DNA of 64,000 nt from Octopus vulgaris (taxonomy: Eukaryota): positions 85,374,001 through 85,438,000 of the forward strand of contig OX597825.1 of the NCBI GenBank assembly GCA_951406725.2. Reading direction: 5' to 3'. Below, one piece after another: positions 1 to 13,708 of this stretch. The stretch's first letter is position 1. Every line of letters begins with the position of its first letter. Under the pieces are notes generated by a model, which saw only the letters and a program-made list of their open reading frames with translations, was not told the origin of the DNA and did no database searches. The position numbers and the translations under genes were made by a program.

Positions 1-500
1 AGCAATGGAGAGCATTCCTTCTCGGCTGCCTGGATTACTGTGGTCGTCACAGCGGAACTCGATGCAATCCAGCGCCTTTAGACAAAGAAGATTGCAACAG
101 ATGAGCGACTGGATAAAGTTAAAAAACTAAGGCTGCTGTATTCTCTAGATAGGAGGCGCAAAAGATATGCACTAATATGGACGGGCCCGGAACGTCTAGC
201 TTCAAGTTTTGAGATTGAAACCTTTACCAAACACTGATCTAGATGTCACTGCATAGTACCAAAGATACCCCTCATCTCAATCTAGAGATCACCCAATTCT
301 GTAACAACAAAGATTTCAAGGGCCCACAACTATTCAACATTCTGTCGGCCAACATCAGAGATTTTCAAGGTTTAGATGTGAGTTTTTTTTCAAAGGACAT
401 TTAGAAAACAAGTTTTTATGAGAAATACCAGATGAATCCTAATCGACGCAGGAAACTCGGGGAAGACCAGCTCTGTCCAACTCGCTGCTTTACCAGAAAC
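1..500 (+). mobile_element. Degenerate 3' end of a CR1/L2-type LINE ORF2
   Basis: Frameshifted remnants ELDAIQRL*TKKI..KLKKLRL..SLDRRRKRY..FKGPQLFNIL..IPDE. Confidence 0.6.
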
Positions 501-619
501 AATTCCAGAAAGAAAGCCATAGTAATAGAAAATGTTACTTACCCAAATAGCCATGCAGTAGATTTGAACCCGAGATCTCAAGATCACGAAGCGAACATCA
601 ACATTCGCCGAAACTGCTC

Positions 620-696
<77 letters not shown>

Positions 697-743
697 CGTG
701 TGTGTGTGTATGTGTGTGTATGTATATATATATATGTATATAT

Positions 744-950
744 ATATGAATAGTTATCGCCAAGCTAACATGGCAGTCCAGAAAAATAGGACGAATGCTG
801 CTGTTGATTCCAAAAGGCTATTGCCTCTTGGAGCTAATCGACGGCAGCATTCGTCCTATTTTTCTGGACTGCCATGTTAGCTTGGCGATAACTATTCATA
901 TCCAGTACCGCTGTCGTAGTCTCCTTTAGAGAGACTTAGAAATATTAATA
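744..950. mobile_element. Fold-back element, 66-bp inverted arms (744-809 / 836-901), right arm extended, between (TA)n tracts
   Basis: Arms are reverse complements except for 2 G-U-type differences; same architecture as the PLE-like fold-backs, but no HHR core retained. Confidence 0.75.
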
Positions 951-975
951 TTTATATATATATATATACACACAC

Positions 976-1043
<68 letters not shown>

Positions 1044-1347
1044 ATGTATGGATGGATGGATGGATGGATGGATGTATATGTCTGTACAGCTATGTTTCTT
1101 CCCTATAGCTATGCTATGATTAATCAAATATATTCTGTATATACATATTTATATACAGTTTCTTGCTTAGGTGTGTTGTGCACTTTTATATGTTCGCACA
1201 CAGATTCATATAGACGCCCTCACAAGCATACATACGCGCATACTGTATATCAGAAGTGCATACTTGCATACGATAACACACATGTAGATATTCGCGTATT
1301 TACATACACAAATGCATACATACAATCAGCACACATACTTGCATGTA

Positions 1348-1538
<191 letters not shown>

Positions 1539-2134
1539 CATATATATTTACATACGTATATATGTTTATACATATAAGTATATATACACACACACACACA
1601 TATATATAGTGTGAATTAAACAAACTGTATATATATGCATGCGTAAATACATGCAAAAATATATAGAAATATATACACTTCTATGCATACCTGATAGATG
1701 CAGCTCATTAATGTTTTATGGATGGTATTCTGAAAAGGCCCGCAGGATATCTCGTTATTTTGTGTTAGTCATTTTTACTCGTCTCTCATTAACAATCTTA
1801 CATTAAAATTCCAATCACCAATCATTATCTCAGCAAAGAAAGGAATTATACATCATTAGATATTAAAGGTTCTCTGTTAATTAATACACTTTGATCTTAA
1901 AACCAAAAATTTCGCATTAGCACATTGACTCCGTCGAATTTCTGTTTATGAAATCCGGTGACAAATTTATGTAAACTTCACGACTCAAACATTTATGTCG
2001 GAAACACCAGCACGACAGCTTCACGTCAGCTGACCGTACATGTTCAATATGGAGTCACTGCTGCTCCTTATAATGCAGTATGTGGAAGAGAAATGGAGGG
2101 GAAAGCATTAACAAATAATAGTGTTCAGCTCATA

Positions 2135-2270
2135 CTTATTTTATCGACTCCGAAAGGATGAAAGGAAAATGTGACCACGTCGGAAGTTTAACTCAGAAAC
2201 GTGAAGACCGGCGAAATGCCGCTAAGCTTTTTGTCCAACGCGCTGACAATTCTGACAGCTCACCGTCTTT
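2135..2270 (-). mobile_element. tRNA-derived SINE family B (Deu/Nin-like core CCTTTCATCCTTTCGGGGTCGATAAA)
   Basis: Other copies at ~4350-4510(+), 8375-8592(-), 13350-13535(+), 32900-33165(-), 33560-33755(+), 35060-35435(-), 40485-40700(-), 40730-40845(+), 50020-50140(-), 53830-53990(+), 58400-58660(-). Confidence 0.8.
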
Positions 2271-3789
2271 ACATAGAAACAATTTATTTTGCTCTGAAAT
2301 TATCATTTCGTGAAAAAGGCGGCGGAACGGGCGTTATCCGATGAATGAGAAAGGATTAAATAGATATGTTCACCGCTCACACCACCTGACTTCTTTATGA
2401 TGTGTGTGTATATGTTTGTGTGAGTGCGCGTGTATGTGTGTGTGTGTGTGCGCGCATGTGTATGTATGTGTGTGTGTATGTGTGTGTGTGTGCATGTGTG
2501 TGTATGTGTGTGTATGTGTGCGTATATGTGTGTGTGTATGTGAATGTGTGTGTGTGCGTGCGTGTATGTGTGTGCATACCTGTGTGTGGGTGTGTGCGTG
2601 TGGGTGTGTGTACGTGCGTATGCCTGTATGTGTGGGCGTGTGGGCGCGCGCGTGAATGTGTGAGTGTGTGTGCATGAGTGTGTATGTATGTGTGTGTGTG
2701 CGTATATATATATGTGTGTGTGTGTGTGTACATACATACATACATACATGTACACATATAAACATATAAGTCCCATACTTTATCTATGAAGCTCTTTCGT
2801 GTCGAACCCTGTAAAAGCTGAAACGATCGGCCGCCAAAGCATCAATCTGCGCAAACATCAGCAGACATTCCAACTAGGAATAAATAAATAGATAAATAAA
2901 TAAATAAATAAGTAAATAGATAAATAAATAAATAAATCTCGAATATATATGGTGCTGGGAAGAACTCTACCAAAATGTTATGTTGGAAAGTTGTTTTTGT
3001 AAGAGTTTGTGAGTGAGAAATTGGTGTTTGTTGTTTTAGCGGTCGAATGACTAGAAAATCAATGACCACCATTCGTGGATAATATATATAGCGCTCCCTA
3101 GGGTAAGGCACTTTAGGAACTAAGAATATAGAAATCTGAAATTCTGTGAAACACTTAATATTACCAACCAGTGGAAATATTGCCATTCTTGCTAGTCTCT
3201 CCAAGAGAAATTCCTCAAATTTATCATGCAGGAAAGAAATTCTTTACTAAAAGATTAATATGGAGAGCTTTTGTCTACAAGGAAAGGTAAACACATAAAA
3301 CCTCCATTTTGAAATATGGCTTCGAGACTCGATAAGTGTCCATCTTAAAAAAAAAAAGAAAGAAAAAGAAGCAACAACATAGATTACTATGTTGTTGCTT
3401 CTTTTTCTTTCTTTTTTGTTTTTTTTTTTTTTCTTTTAATGTATTCTAAAATGATTTATGTTAGACAAAAATATGCAAAGTAAAAAATAGCTTCCAGAAA
3501 AGTTTTAAAGCCAAAAACGAGAAAAAAAGATGAGGAATATCATTAAGATATTCGTCCATTCGACCAAGACTAGAAGCCATTAAGGAATAAGGCTTCTACA
3601 TTCCACATTTTGTCATTTAATTCTATAAATAACCACCTTCTTGCCATTCGCATATCGTATGAAAGTAGGGCAGCGCCTAAGATCTTTAATTTGTTTAGCG
3701 CCACTGATCTTGTCTCTATATTACTTTATAATCACAATACGAGGAGCCACAGGTTGTCCTTTCTTGAAACTGTTAAACTGTCTATTACA

Positions 3790-4265
3790 TATCTTTTACT
3801 CTTTTACTTGTTTCAGTCATTAGACTACGGCCATGCTGGGGCACCACCTTAAAGAATTCTGGTCGAACGAATCTTCCCCAGCATTAATCGATAAGTGCCA
3901 AGATTTTTTCAAAGTTTGGTACTTATCGGTATCTTTGGCGGGACCGCTAAGTTACGAGAACGTAAACACACCAACACCCGATGTCAAGCGGTGGTGGGGA
4001 ACAAACACACATACACACACACACATACACATCCAAAGATACACACACACTCACAAAGACATACACACGTACACAAAAGCACGCACACGCATGTATATAA
4101 ACGACAGACTTCCTTCAGTTTGTATCTACCAAATCCACTCACAAGACTTTGGTCGGCCGGAAATTATAATAGAAGACACTTGTCCAAACTGCCTCGCATG
4201 GAACTGAACCCGAAACCGCGTGGTTGGGAAGCCGGCTACTTACCGCACAGCCAAGCCTGCGCTTA
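3790..4265 (-). mobile_element. tRNA-derived SINE family A (CORE-like GGCACCTTGGGCAAGTGTCTT), full length with internal (CA)n
   Basis: A/B-box-like head (TGGCTGTGTGGT..GGTTCAGTCC). Other copies at ~5225-5745(-), 8593-8730(+), 9715-10090(+), 15200-15470(+), 16340-16445(-), 19580-19740(-), 23281-23420(+), 23870-24080(+), 26770-27150(-), 37470-37830(-), 48380-48550(-), 49125-49285(-), 58015-58215(+). Confidence 0.85.
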
Positions 4266-5446
4266 TATAAAATATACTTTTCAATAAACAACATGAATTT
4301 ATATGATTGCATAATTTTCTCATGCTTTCAGTAAATTCCTTAATAATTAATGTCCGCTAGGCTTGGCGGCATTTCGTCTGCCTTCACTTTCTGAGTTCAA
4401 ATTTCGTCATGAGCGACTTTAAATTTCACCCTTTCGCGGGTGGGGGTCTATAAACAAATACCAGTTGAGCACCCTTCGCCAGAAATTGCAGGCCTTGTGC
4501 AAAAATTCGAAATCAGTATTAGTAATAACCTACAAATATTCTGTAGAATTTCCCTTCACAAACCTCAAGAAACTCCTTGACATGATGATATTGACTACAT
4601 TCTTATGAGTTTAATTTCGGTCATCTTCTCTTATTGGCACTGCGGAATCTCCACACCCGATTCTTCTCATCACTGACCATTACCTAATTACTAATTCCAG
4701 GTAGCTCTCATTATAACAGCACTGCATTGTCTCATTGTACGCTATTCACGAATGACAATCTGTTACAGAACATAAATTAAAAGCAGTTAATGGAAATAGC
4801 GATATTGTCAGCATTCACCCATTTATGCTCTTCACTGATTAAACGTTCCAATTATTTTAGTTAAAAACATATTCCTACCAACAATTAACTAATTAATTGA
4901 TCTGCTCTATGTTAAGTAAATTCAAATCAATACAATCAGATCTATATCACTAAGTGTGTTCTACATATTAGCTTAGATGTAGACGTCCGGGTGGTTAAAT
5001 TAATACACATAGTTATTACCCCACTTAAGCGAAATGAGATAAAGTTACTCCGAAACTAGGATAAGTTGGTTGTTGAGGACGCAGGTTGTGTCTGGAGGTT
5101 AAATACTAAATAAACCCAAATCGATTTTGTTATAAACATATATTGATATACAGAATTGATTGATTGATTGATACGCTCGATGGTGAGTAAAGGAATGGTC
5201 TTTATTCAATAATTATCATATTTTTTATCTTTTTACTTGTTTCAGTCATTTGACTGCGGCCATGCTGCAGCACCACCTTGAAGAATTTTAGTCGAACGAA
5301 TCAACCCCAGGACTTACTTTTTCAAAACCTGGTACTTATAGTACCTGTCTCTGTTGCCGCGCTGCTAAGGTCGGAAACACTCCAGCACCGATTATCAAGC
5401 GGTTGTGGGACACTAGTACACACACACACACACAAACACACACATA

Positions 5447-5587
<141 letters not shown>

Positions 5588-7220
5588 CGGACTTCTTTTA
5601 GAGCCCGTCTAGCAAATTCACTCAGAATGTTTTGGTCGGCCGAAAGCTACAGGAGAAAACAGTTGCCCAAGATGCCACGCCGTGTGGGATTGAACCCGCA
5701 ACCATGTAGTTGGGAAAGAAACTTCTTACCACACATCCGTACTTGCTTTGATCGATATCCAGACATGAGAAAATTTTTCAGGGTTGCCTTCTCTATAAAG
5801 AAAGTATATAGTTAAGTGCAGGCAAACATACTTAATTTAGTGAGTAAAACAGGGGCTTAATGAAGTGAAATTAACCCTGTAATGAAAAAAATGACAATAA
5901 TTACCCTTAATGATTAATTATTTTTGAAACAATCAAGGGAGACAACTATGAAATCTAAATTATTTACAAGTTAAACAGAATAACAAATACACAGAAACAA
6001 CCCAAGGTTATGACGTCACTGAAGTTAAACGTCACCCGAGTTGAAATTGCGATCATTGGCTTAATGAACCGACTTCTTCTCTCCAGAGCCTATATCTTCT
6101 ACCAAGGTCATTATTTTACTCTACTAATACTTCCCTATATATTTCATTAATCACTCTGCTGTAAGGTGTGTTATATAATTTTCCTCACAATCGCCAATGT
6201 ATTGTTATCCATCCACACAGATCAACGTTTATTTCTTTTATTCCAAACCGGTAAAATCTTGATAAAATTCTACAACAGACTTCAATTTTTTTCTTTTACC
6301 AATTCCTAATCTTTTTCCCAATCTTTCTTTCTTTCTTTCTTTCTTCGTCTTCAATTCCAGTTTTTATCTTTCATTTTTATTTTTTCATCTTTCGGGCTGT
6401 CATTCTCACTTTTGCAGTTACGTTCGTTTTTTTTTCTTTTTCTTTTATCATTCATAACCACCCACACCCACCCTGGTCTACACCCAACCCCCGCCTTTCT
6501 TCGTCATTTTAGTGTTTCTCTCTTCGTGTTGTTGTTGTCGTTGTTGTTCACTCATTCTTCTATTCTCCGTCTTTATCAAAGTCTCTCGCTTTCACTTATT
6601 TTCTCTCTTTCTTTCTTTTTTTTTTTTGCTTCCCCTTCTTTAATAAAAGACCTTTAAACTACGCCTCCATCCCCCCCTGCCACCTCCCTTGACACATACA
6701 CACATACACACACAAACACATGCACCCACAAACACAAACACAAGCACATACACACACACACACACTAAATGACAAGTAAAAATGTTTTTTAAGCAATTTT
6801 AATACAACTTTGGAAACCAAACACATACACACACACACATAGACTTCTAAACACAAACACGCAGAGAAGCACATACGAACACAAATATACACACACACAT
6901 AAATACACGCATATAGATACTATACACACACTCAAACACACATAAGTACGCACACACCCCCCACAAACATACGCATACAAACACACATACAAACACACAC
7001 ACACAAACACACACAAATACACACACACAAAAACACACACACACAAGCTCGTACGCACACACACACACACGCAGTCGCAAAAGCGCACACACAAATATAC
7101 ACACATACACACACACACAAATACACACAAGAACACACAAACACAAACTCGTACGTACGCACACACACAGTCATAAAAGCACACATAAAATATCCACACA
7201 AACATACGCAGACTCACAAA

Positions 7221-7279
<59 letters not shown>

Positions 7280-7451
7280 TACCACATACATCTTGCACAT
7301 AAGCACACTCACACTGGCATATATAAATATACTCGTAGAGTCAAATTCTCTCTTTTTCCTGCAGGTCTCTCTCTCTCACTCCTCTCTCTCTCTCTCATCC
7401 TCGCTTTCTTTCTTTCTCCATTTCTTTCTTTCTTTTCTTCTCTCTTTCCCT

Positions 7452-7491
<40 letters not shown>

Positions 7492-7747
7492 ACACATTTT
7501 ACCTGTTTCATCCTTATTACATACTCTTTTATTTCTTACATGCTCTCTCTCCTCCATCTCTCTCACTTTCTCTCTCTCTTTCTCTTTCTCTCTCTCTCTC
7601 TTTCTCTATATATATATATTGAGAAAGAGACAAACAGACAGACAGAGAGACAGTGAATCTAATCTGTCAATCTGTCTGCCTATTTGTCTCTCTATTAATC
7701 TGTCAATCTGCCTATTTAGCAATCTGTGTGTCCATCTCTCTCTCTCC

Positions 7748-7788
<41 letters not shown>

Positions 7789-8729
7789 CACCTTTACCTC
7801 ACCCCATCTCCTCCTCCACCAGCACCACCACCACTACCTTCTCCGCCTTCATCGCTCTGTTCAGTGAAGCATGTGGAAGAATTCAGTGAGTTGTGTGACA
7901 TTTCCCTTCATCATTCAACCGTGACAATATAACAGAACATGACAACTTGACAAAGAGAGTGGGAGAAATTGAGAGAGAGAGGGAGAGAAGCAGACAATAA
8001 GAGAGAAAGGTTAAGTGAGAGGAAGAGAGAGATGAAAAGATGGGGATGCAGACAGCGAGAATTAGCCAAACGGAGCGACTGGAATTGTTGGCGTTTTATG
8101 TTAAGAGAGCTTCATTGGCTGACAAAACATGACACACGCAGCGACACAACGACACCAAACACACACAGACAGACATACACACATATGTATGAGTGTGTGT
8201 GTGTTTATGTGTGTGTAAAGATATGTATGTCTATGTGTGTGTGTGACGAAAGATTTCCGAACAATGGACATGAATTAGAATAAGAGTAATAAGCGAGTGA
8301 AAAACGGATATATAGTACGTGTGTTTATTTAATTAAAAAAATGACCCTCTCGTAATACAACTATATATATATTTCTTTACTACCCACAAGGGGCTAAACA
8401 TAGAGGGGACAATCAAGGACAGACAAAGGGATTAAGTTGATTACATCGACCACAGTGTGTAACTGGTACTTAATTTATCGACCCCGAAAGGATGAAAAGC
8501 AAATTCGACCTCGGCGGAATTTGAACCCAGAACACTTAACGGCAGACGAAATACGGCTACGCATTTCGCCTGGCGTGTTAACGTTTCTGCCAGGCGCAGG
8601 AGTGGCTGTGTGGTAAGTAGCTTGCTTACGAACAATATGGTTCCGGGTTCAGTTCCACTGCGTGGCACCTTGGGCAAGTGTCTTCTACTATATAGCTTCG
8701 GGCCGACCAAAGCCTTGTGAGTTGATTTG

Positions 8730-9187
8730 GCTCAACTCAAACGGTTATTTGAAGCTGCTGGAGACTATTCGTGAAACCCTGGAGAGGATTGTTGCTGAAA
8801 GTCCATATGTGTGGCAGTAGGATTCAGCTCGTAACCCTAACTCCATGAAAGAGTCAGAAGTCGTTGATGGAGAATTTCTATGACTTAATTCCCGATTGTA
8901 ATACCAAGGATTACTACGTGTTGGGCACAGCACAGTTGAGAAAGACAGCAAGAACTCTGCCTGCAACGCCAAAGCCGAGATGGTCGCCAAGATCAAGGAG
9001 ATGTTCAAAGGCACAGTGAGGAACGCATGCGCCAGGTTCCGGAGATGTTTTGAGCTGTGGTGGAAGGTGAGGGTGGTTGCTTTGAATAAACTGTTATCTC
9101 CCAGCCATAATCTAATATTTTTTAAATTTCATTTTTGGATGACATATTGTATTTTCTTTTCACTTTATGCAAACTGTCAAATTTAGG
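8730..9187 (+). mobile_element. Tc1/mariner-superfamily transposase remnant (C-terminal part)
   Basis: Disrupted YVWQ*DSA..NSPDC..DYYV..TVEK..MVAKIKEMF..TVRNACARFRR motifs. Confidence 0.7.
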
Positions 9188-9200
9188 TATATAAACTGTA

Positions 9201-9528
9201 TTTAGATATTCTGTTGTGTCTGGGGAGAGTCATTTTCTTTTTGTGCCTTATAATCTAACACACTCACCGGCAAAATTTCCACTTATTTCTTATTTTTATT
9301 TTCCTAAAATTTTCGTTGAGTCTTGCAACCTTTTCAATAGTCTTGAGAAGCAACGAAAATTTTAGGAAAATAAAAATAAGAAACAAGTGGAAATTTTGCC
9401 GGTGAGTGTGTTACATTATAAGGCACAAAAAGAAAATGACTCTCCCCAGACACAACAGAATATGCTTCAACACACGAACTCACATAAAGAATCTTGCAAA
9501 CCAAATCCAAAAGCGAAAAGTATTTAGA
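9201..9528. mobile_element. PLE-like fold-back element (arms ~9206-9318 / 9351-9463) with HHR variant at the fold
   Basis: ~110-bp inverted arms; flanking direct repeat TATATAAACTGTA at 9188-9200 and 9529-9541; family copies at 30942-31194 and 36615-36724. Confidence 0.75.
9304..9340 (-). ncRNA. Minimal hammerhead ribozyme motif, U3-A8 core variant
   Basis: CUA-UUGAAAA-G-GUUGC-aagac-UCAAC-GAAA-AU-UU-UAG; the opposite arm shows the fully pairing GCAAC; palindromic helix III AAUU. Confidence 0.5.
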
Positions 9529-10416
9529 TATATAAACTGTAAATATATAAATGATGGTTTTAGTCAATATGTGAAACTAATCAATGAAGCAGTATTTGAT
9601 TCAAAATTTGTTTGGCGAGAATTTTGATCTGATAACGTTTATCGATCTCGATATTGATTTATTGTAGAAGCATCACGACTAACAACGCCTGAGAGAAAGT
9701 TCTTAATAATGTACAGTGTGGTTGTGTGGTCAGAAGTTTGCTTACCAGCCACACGGTTCCGGGTTCGGTCCCACTGTGTGGCACCTTGGGCAAGTGTCTT
9801 CTAATATAAATTCAGGCCGGTCAATGTCTTGTGAGTGGATCTGGTATACGATAACTGAAAGAATCCCTTGCAAACATATATGTGGGGTGGAGGGGTTTTT
9901 TTGTGTCTCTGTTTGACCTCCACCCCCCGCTTGACAACCGATGTTAGTGTGCATATGCCCCCGTCAATCGACAAACGGGGTCGATAGAATCAATACCAGG
10001 CTTTAAACAAAATAAGAAGAGGGGTCAATTCGTTCGATTAAAACCCCTCAAGGCAGTGCTCCAGCATGACTGAAACAAGCAAAAGAGAAAACATCAAAAA
10101 ATTAATTAGTCAGAAGTGATGCAGGTGTTTCTTTGTTTTTGTTTTTATTTATTTATTTATTTTTATTTTTTTACCTTTTCTTTCTATACAGAAATTAAAA
10201 GAAGTCTGACATTTGCTAAGAAACTGGAGAACATAGCTTAAATCCTTATCTTGTTCTATTTGTTGTCTTCTCTGTTACTAACAACACACACACACACACA
10301 CACACACAAATAAAGAAAAAAAAGATAAATGGATTTCAGCTGTATTTTATCATTTCTTTGGGAAAATAGTACTTTTCATATCTTGTATATCAATTAAGAA
10401 AACAAAAAAACCTTCA

Positions 10417-10451
<35 letters not shown>

Positions 10452-10508
10452 GCATGCTCAATGTGTGTATTTTGTTTATTTTATATTTATATTTATTATT
10501 GTACTTTA

Positions 10509-10635
10509 TAATCTCTGACGAAGCCTAGAGATATATATAAGTGCCTCATTTTCATCTGCCTATTACCTCAATACACTTGACTGATATAGACAGAATTAGA
10601 TATTTTATCTATGGGCTGAAACAGCTGTAAGTTAT
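10509..10635 (+). ncRNA. Type I hammerhead ribozyme motif with long helix II
   Basis: CUGACGA (10515-10521), AGCC..GGCU closing a ~95-nt helix II, GAAAC-AGCU-GUA; palindromic helix III ACAGCUGU; AT-rich element between (TA)n tracts. Confidence 0.65.
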
Positions 10636-10809
10636 TTTACTAATTTATATTCATGTTTTTTAATAATTACTTGTATCCTTATCTTATATGCATAGAATAA
10701 TATGCTATATGTATGTCTGTTATTATAATTGTCAGTTTAATAAATAAATAAGTTAACATTTTTAATGTCTTTAAAGTTGATGAATCAACTATTGTTCTCC
10801 TCCATTTGC

Positions 10810-10842
<33 letters not shown>

Positions 10843-11399
10843 TGGTAAAACCAAATTTTGGGTTTCATCTGTATTTAAAATTTGGATTTTAAAATTCAGA
10901 TTCAAAGAGAAATAATGACGAGATGTAAAGGCAAATGTTGATGGTTTATTCAGGAGCCGATAGAGAAGATGCTTCTTTTCTTAAACCGAGCAGGTTTAAA
11001 TAACAAATAAAATGAACTCTAAACGAAAAATGTAAACATTTTTCACTAGAAAAAGAAAACTAAGTGGCAGGTAACACAAAATGCTTCAAGTGATGTTTAG
11101 AAATGTCGATCTTCAAAGAAAAATACGGTAAATAAATTGAAGTAGAAGTTATTTTGTGTGAATTGATTGTTTATTTTTAGTTTAAGCAAACAAAATAGGA
11201 ACCAGCAAGCAAAGAGATAACTGTTTGTTTCCACATCTTCTGTTGCATTTGTCGATAGAACATGCAGTTTCGACTGCATCTGATGCACTGCTTGACACTT
11301 CCGTTGTTTCCTGACAATAATTTCGTATATCGCCTTCTTTACAATCTGCTAATGTCTTTGAGAAAGCATCATTATTCTCCACCGTGAATGACGCCTTCA

Positions 11400-11700
11400 A
11401 GGCTGCCACTATGGTTCCATGACATGTTTTAAAGCCGTGTTAATGAAGTTTTTCTACAGTATCCCAGGATACCTTTTCTTCCATTTTATCATCTTCACCA
11501 GTTTTTTTTCTCAATAATTCTCTTCTATTTTATCAGAACGAATGTTTTGAGTCATTTCTTGATCGGCGAAATTCGTTGCCACTTCAATATTATTTTCCGT
11601 GCTTATTTCTTCTTCTCTGTCAGCAGCATTATGTTTCAAAAATGGCTCAGCACCCCTTTCGGCTCTTCCACTTCACATGTCCTCGGCCACTGCTATAAAT
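11400..11700 (-). mobile_element. Possible pogo/Tigger transposase C-terminal remnant
   Basis: Interrupted frame IEVATNFADQEMTQ..EDDKMEEKVSWDTVENFINTALKH resembles Tigger acidic tails; weak. Confidence 0.3.
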
Positions 11701-13535
11701 ATAACCTTTCTTAATATTTCTCTTAGTTACTCTGTTCTACATATTTCGCGTTTGGCCATAACTTTCGTCACCCTCTTAAAAGTATTTCAGGCTTGACTGC
11801 TTCCTGTGCAATCACGAGTGAAAACATTGCCCCTTTAAGTGTAAGCTATCTTCAAATTCAATATGGTTGATATTCTAATGAGCCAAATTCATCATAAAAT
11901 CCTTTTTACTGCTCCTGAGGGTCCCTTGGTTCATAAGTTGAATCAACGAACTAAGATCATTTCTCCCTAATTTTCATGTGACCCATCTCGAGATAATCGA
12001 GCAATAAGAGAGATTTGGGATTTACGGCCTCCCCTCTCCCCGCATTTCCTTAAGATCTGATAAATTAATGAAACCGAATGACGAACAAACCAGTCGGGAA
12101 TTATGTTTCTTTGTTCATCCAAGAATTGTTTCGAGACTCACTGTCAGGTGCACAATTCCGTTAAAACTCGCCGACATTTCAATTTACTAATCACCAAAGC
12201 TTGATTATATGTTGGTCAATAGTATTAAGATATGCAAGAATGATTCATCTTTTCTTACTAAGCTTAAATCTTGTGGAATTTCCTTTTTGGTTTCTTGCCA
12301 AACCTTTAGTGTGGAAAGACTTCAGTAAACCGCGACTTTATCAGAAATTCTAAAATTTGATCGGTTGCGAGATCCTTGTCCGTAACAATGCTATCAAATA
12401 TTGTCCTAGATTTCGTTGCTGCTTGTCTCTCAGCAGACTGACTTTCTCCTACAATCTCTAATACTATGAGTAGTCTTAATACTATGACTAATCTTAATAC
12501 TATGACTAGTCTTAAAATTTCTATGACATCCACCACTTGAGGTTCGCTCCGTTTAAATATTCATTTGTTCCTTAAAACACTTACTTTGGCAATAAGAACC
12601 GATCCGCGAATTACCATTCCTTCTGATTGTTTTAATAAGAAACAAAAAAAGGGTAAGAAAAAGAAAAAAAAAAACATTTTATGAAGATTTTCAAATTCTG
12701 ACCAATGAAATGATTTTTGTTTCAGCAATTTTATTGTAAGTCTCAGAATTCCAGGATTTTCTTATTTGCCTTATTTATATCTTAAACAGTGACGAGCGGC
12801 TCTCATGAATTATTCCTTTCCCCCATTAAAATGGAACTATTCTCACCAATTTCTCACTTCGAAATTATTTTGATTAGTTCGTCTTTCTCTTCACACAAAG
12901 AAGTTAATCTACTCGAGGAGCCATTTTCTACTTCAGGGACTCTAGAGGACATTAGGCTTATAAATAATTTCACAATTCATATTAAATGGAAAGAGTGGGA
13001 CACAAAATTACGTTCCCTTATCACAAATTAGTTGTTTGCTTTGCAACAGCGGTTGTGTGTCATTTGTTGATTGCGTGTGATTTTTGTAAAAATTACTATA
13101 TTCTCCTGAGATCCATATTTCTGAAATCCAAATGATAGCAATTTTACAGAGAAGCATTCGTCAAACGCTGATACCGTTGAGACTACGCCATTATATAAAG
13201 CGAGAGACCGAAGCGGTAGAGAGTCGGACAAATTATCAGTATTTACATGGGTTCCTTTAGGTTCCAAGTTCAAATCCCACAAGTGTTAACTTTGCCGTTT
13301 TCGTTCTACAATCAAGAAGACCCCTCCACTCGAAATTTAAATCTATTATTATTCGCCAGACAAAATGCTTAGCAGAATTTCGCTCGTCTTTGCATTCTGC
13401 GTTCAAGTTCCGCCGAGTTGACTTTCCTTTCAACCTTTCGGGGTGGATAAATTAAGTACCAGTGCAACACTGGGGTCGATGTAATCGACTGTACCCTTCG
13501 CACAAAATTTCAGGTTTGTGCCTATAACAAAAAGG

Positions 13536-13682
13536 ATTATTATTATTATTATTTCTTTTTATCACAGGTTCTGTTAGAGCTCCTGGAATCATGTATACGT
13601 AGCAGGCCAGCTACCTGCAGCCTACGGTACCCCGCTGTCCGTCCTTTTCAGCTGCCTAATACTTTCCTGATTATTCTGGCCG
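13536..13682 (-). mobile_element. 3' end of R4/Dong-like RLE LINE with (TAA)n tail
   Basis: Encodes ARIIRKVLGS*, matching the C-terminus of the remnant at 50400-50970, then 3' UTR and (TAA)n. Confidence 0.6.
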
Positions 13683-13708
13683 CATTATTATTATTATTAT
13701 TATTATTG

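Noticed and set aside
8593-8665. tRNA-like A/B boxes in many places
   Set aside because: SINE heads continuing into SINE bodies; no complete cloverleaf.
12140-12536. Possible hAT dimerisation remnant (ILEFLIKSRFTEVFP), and Tc1-like tails at 46593-46904 and 49499-49735
   Set aside because: Too degenerate to support without a profile search.
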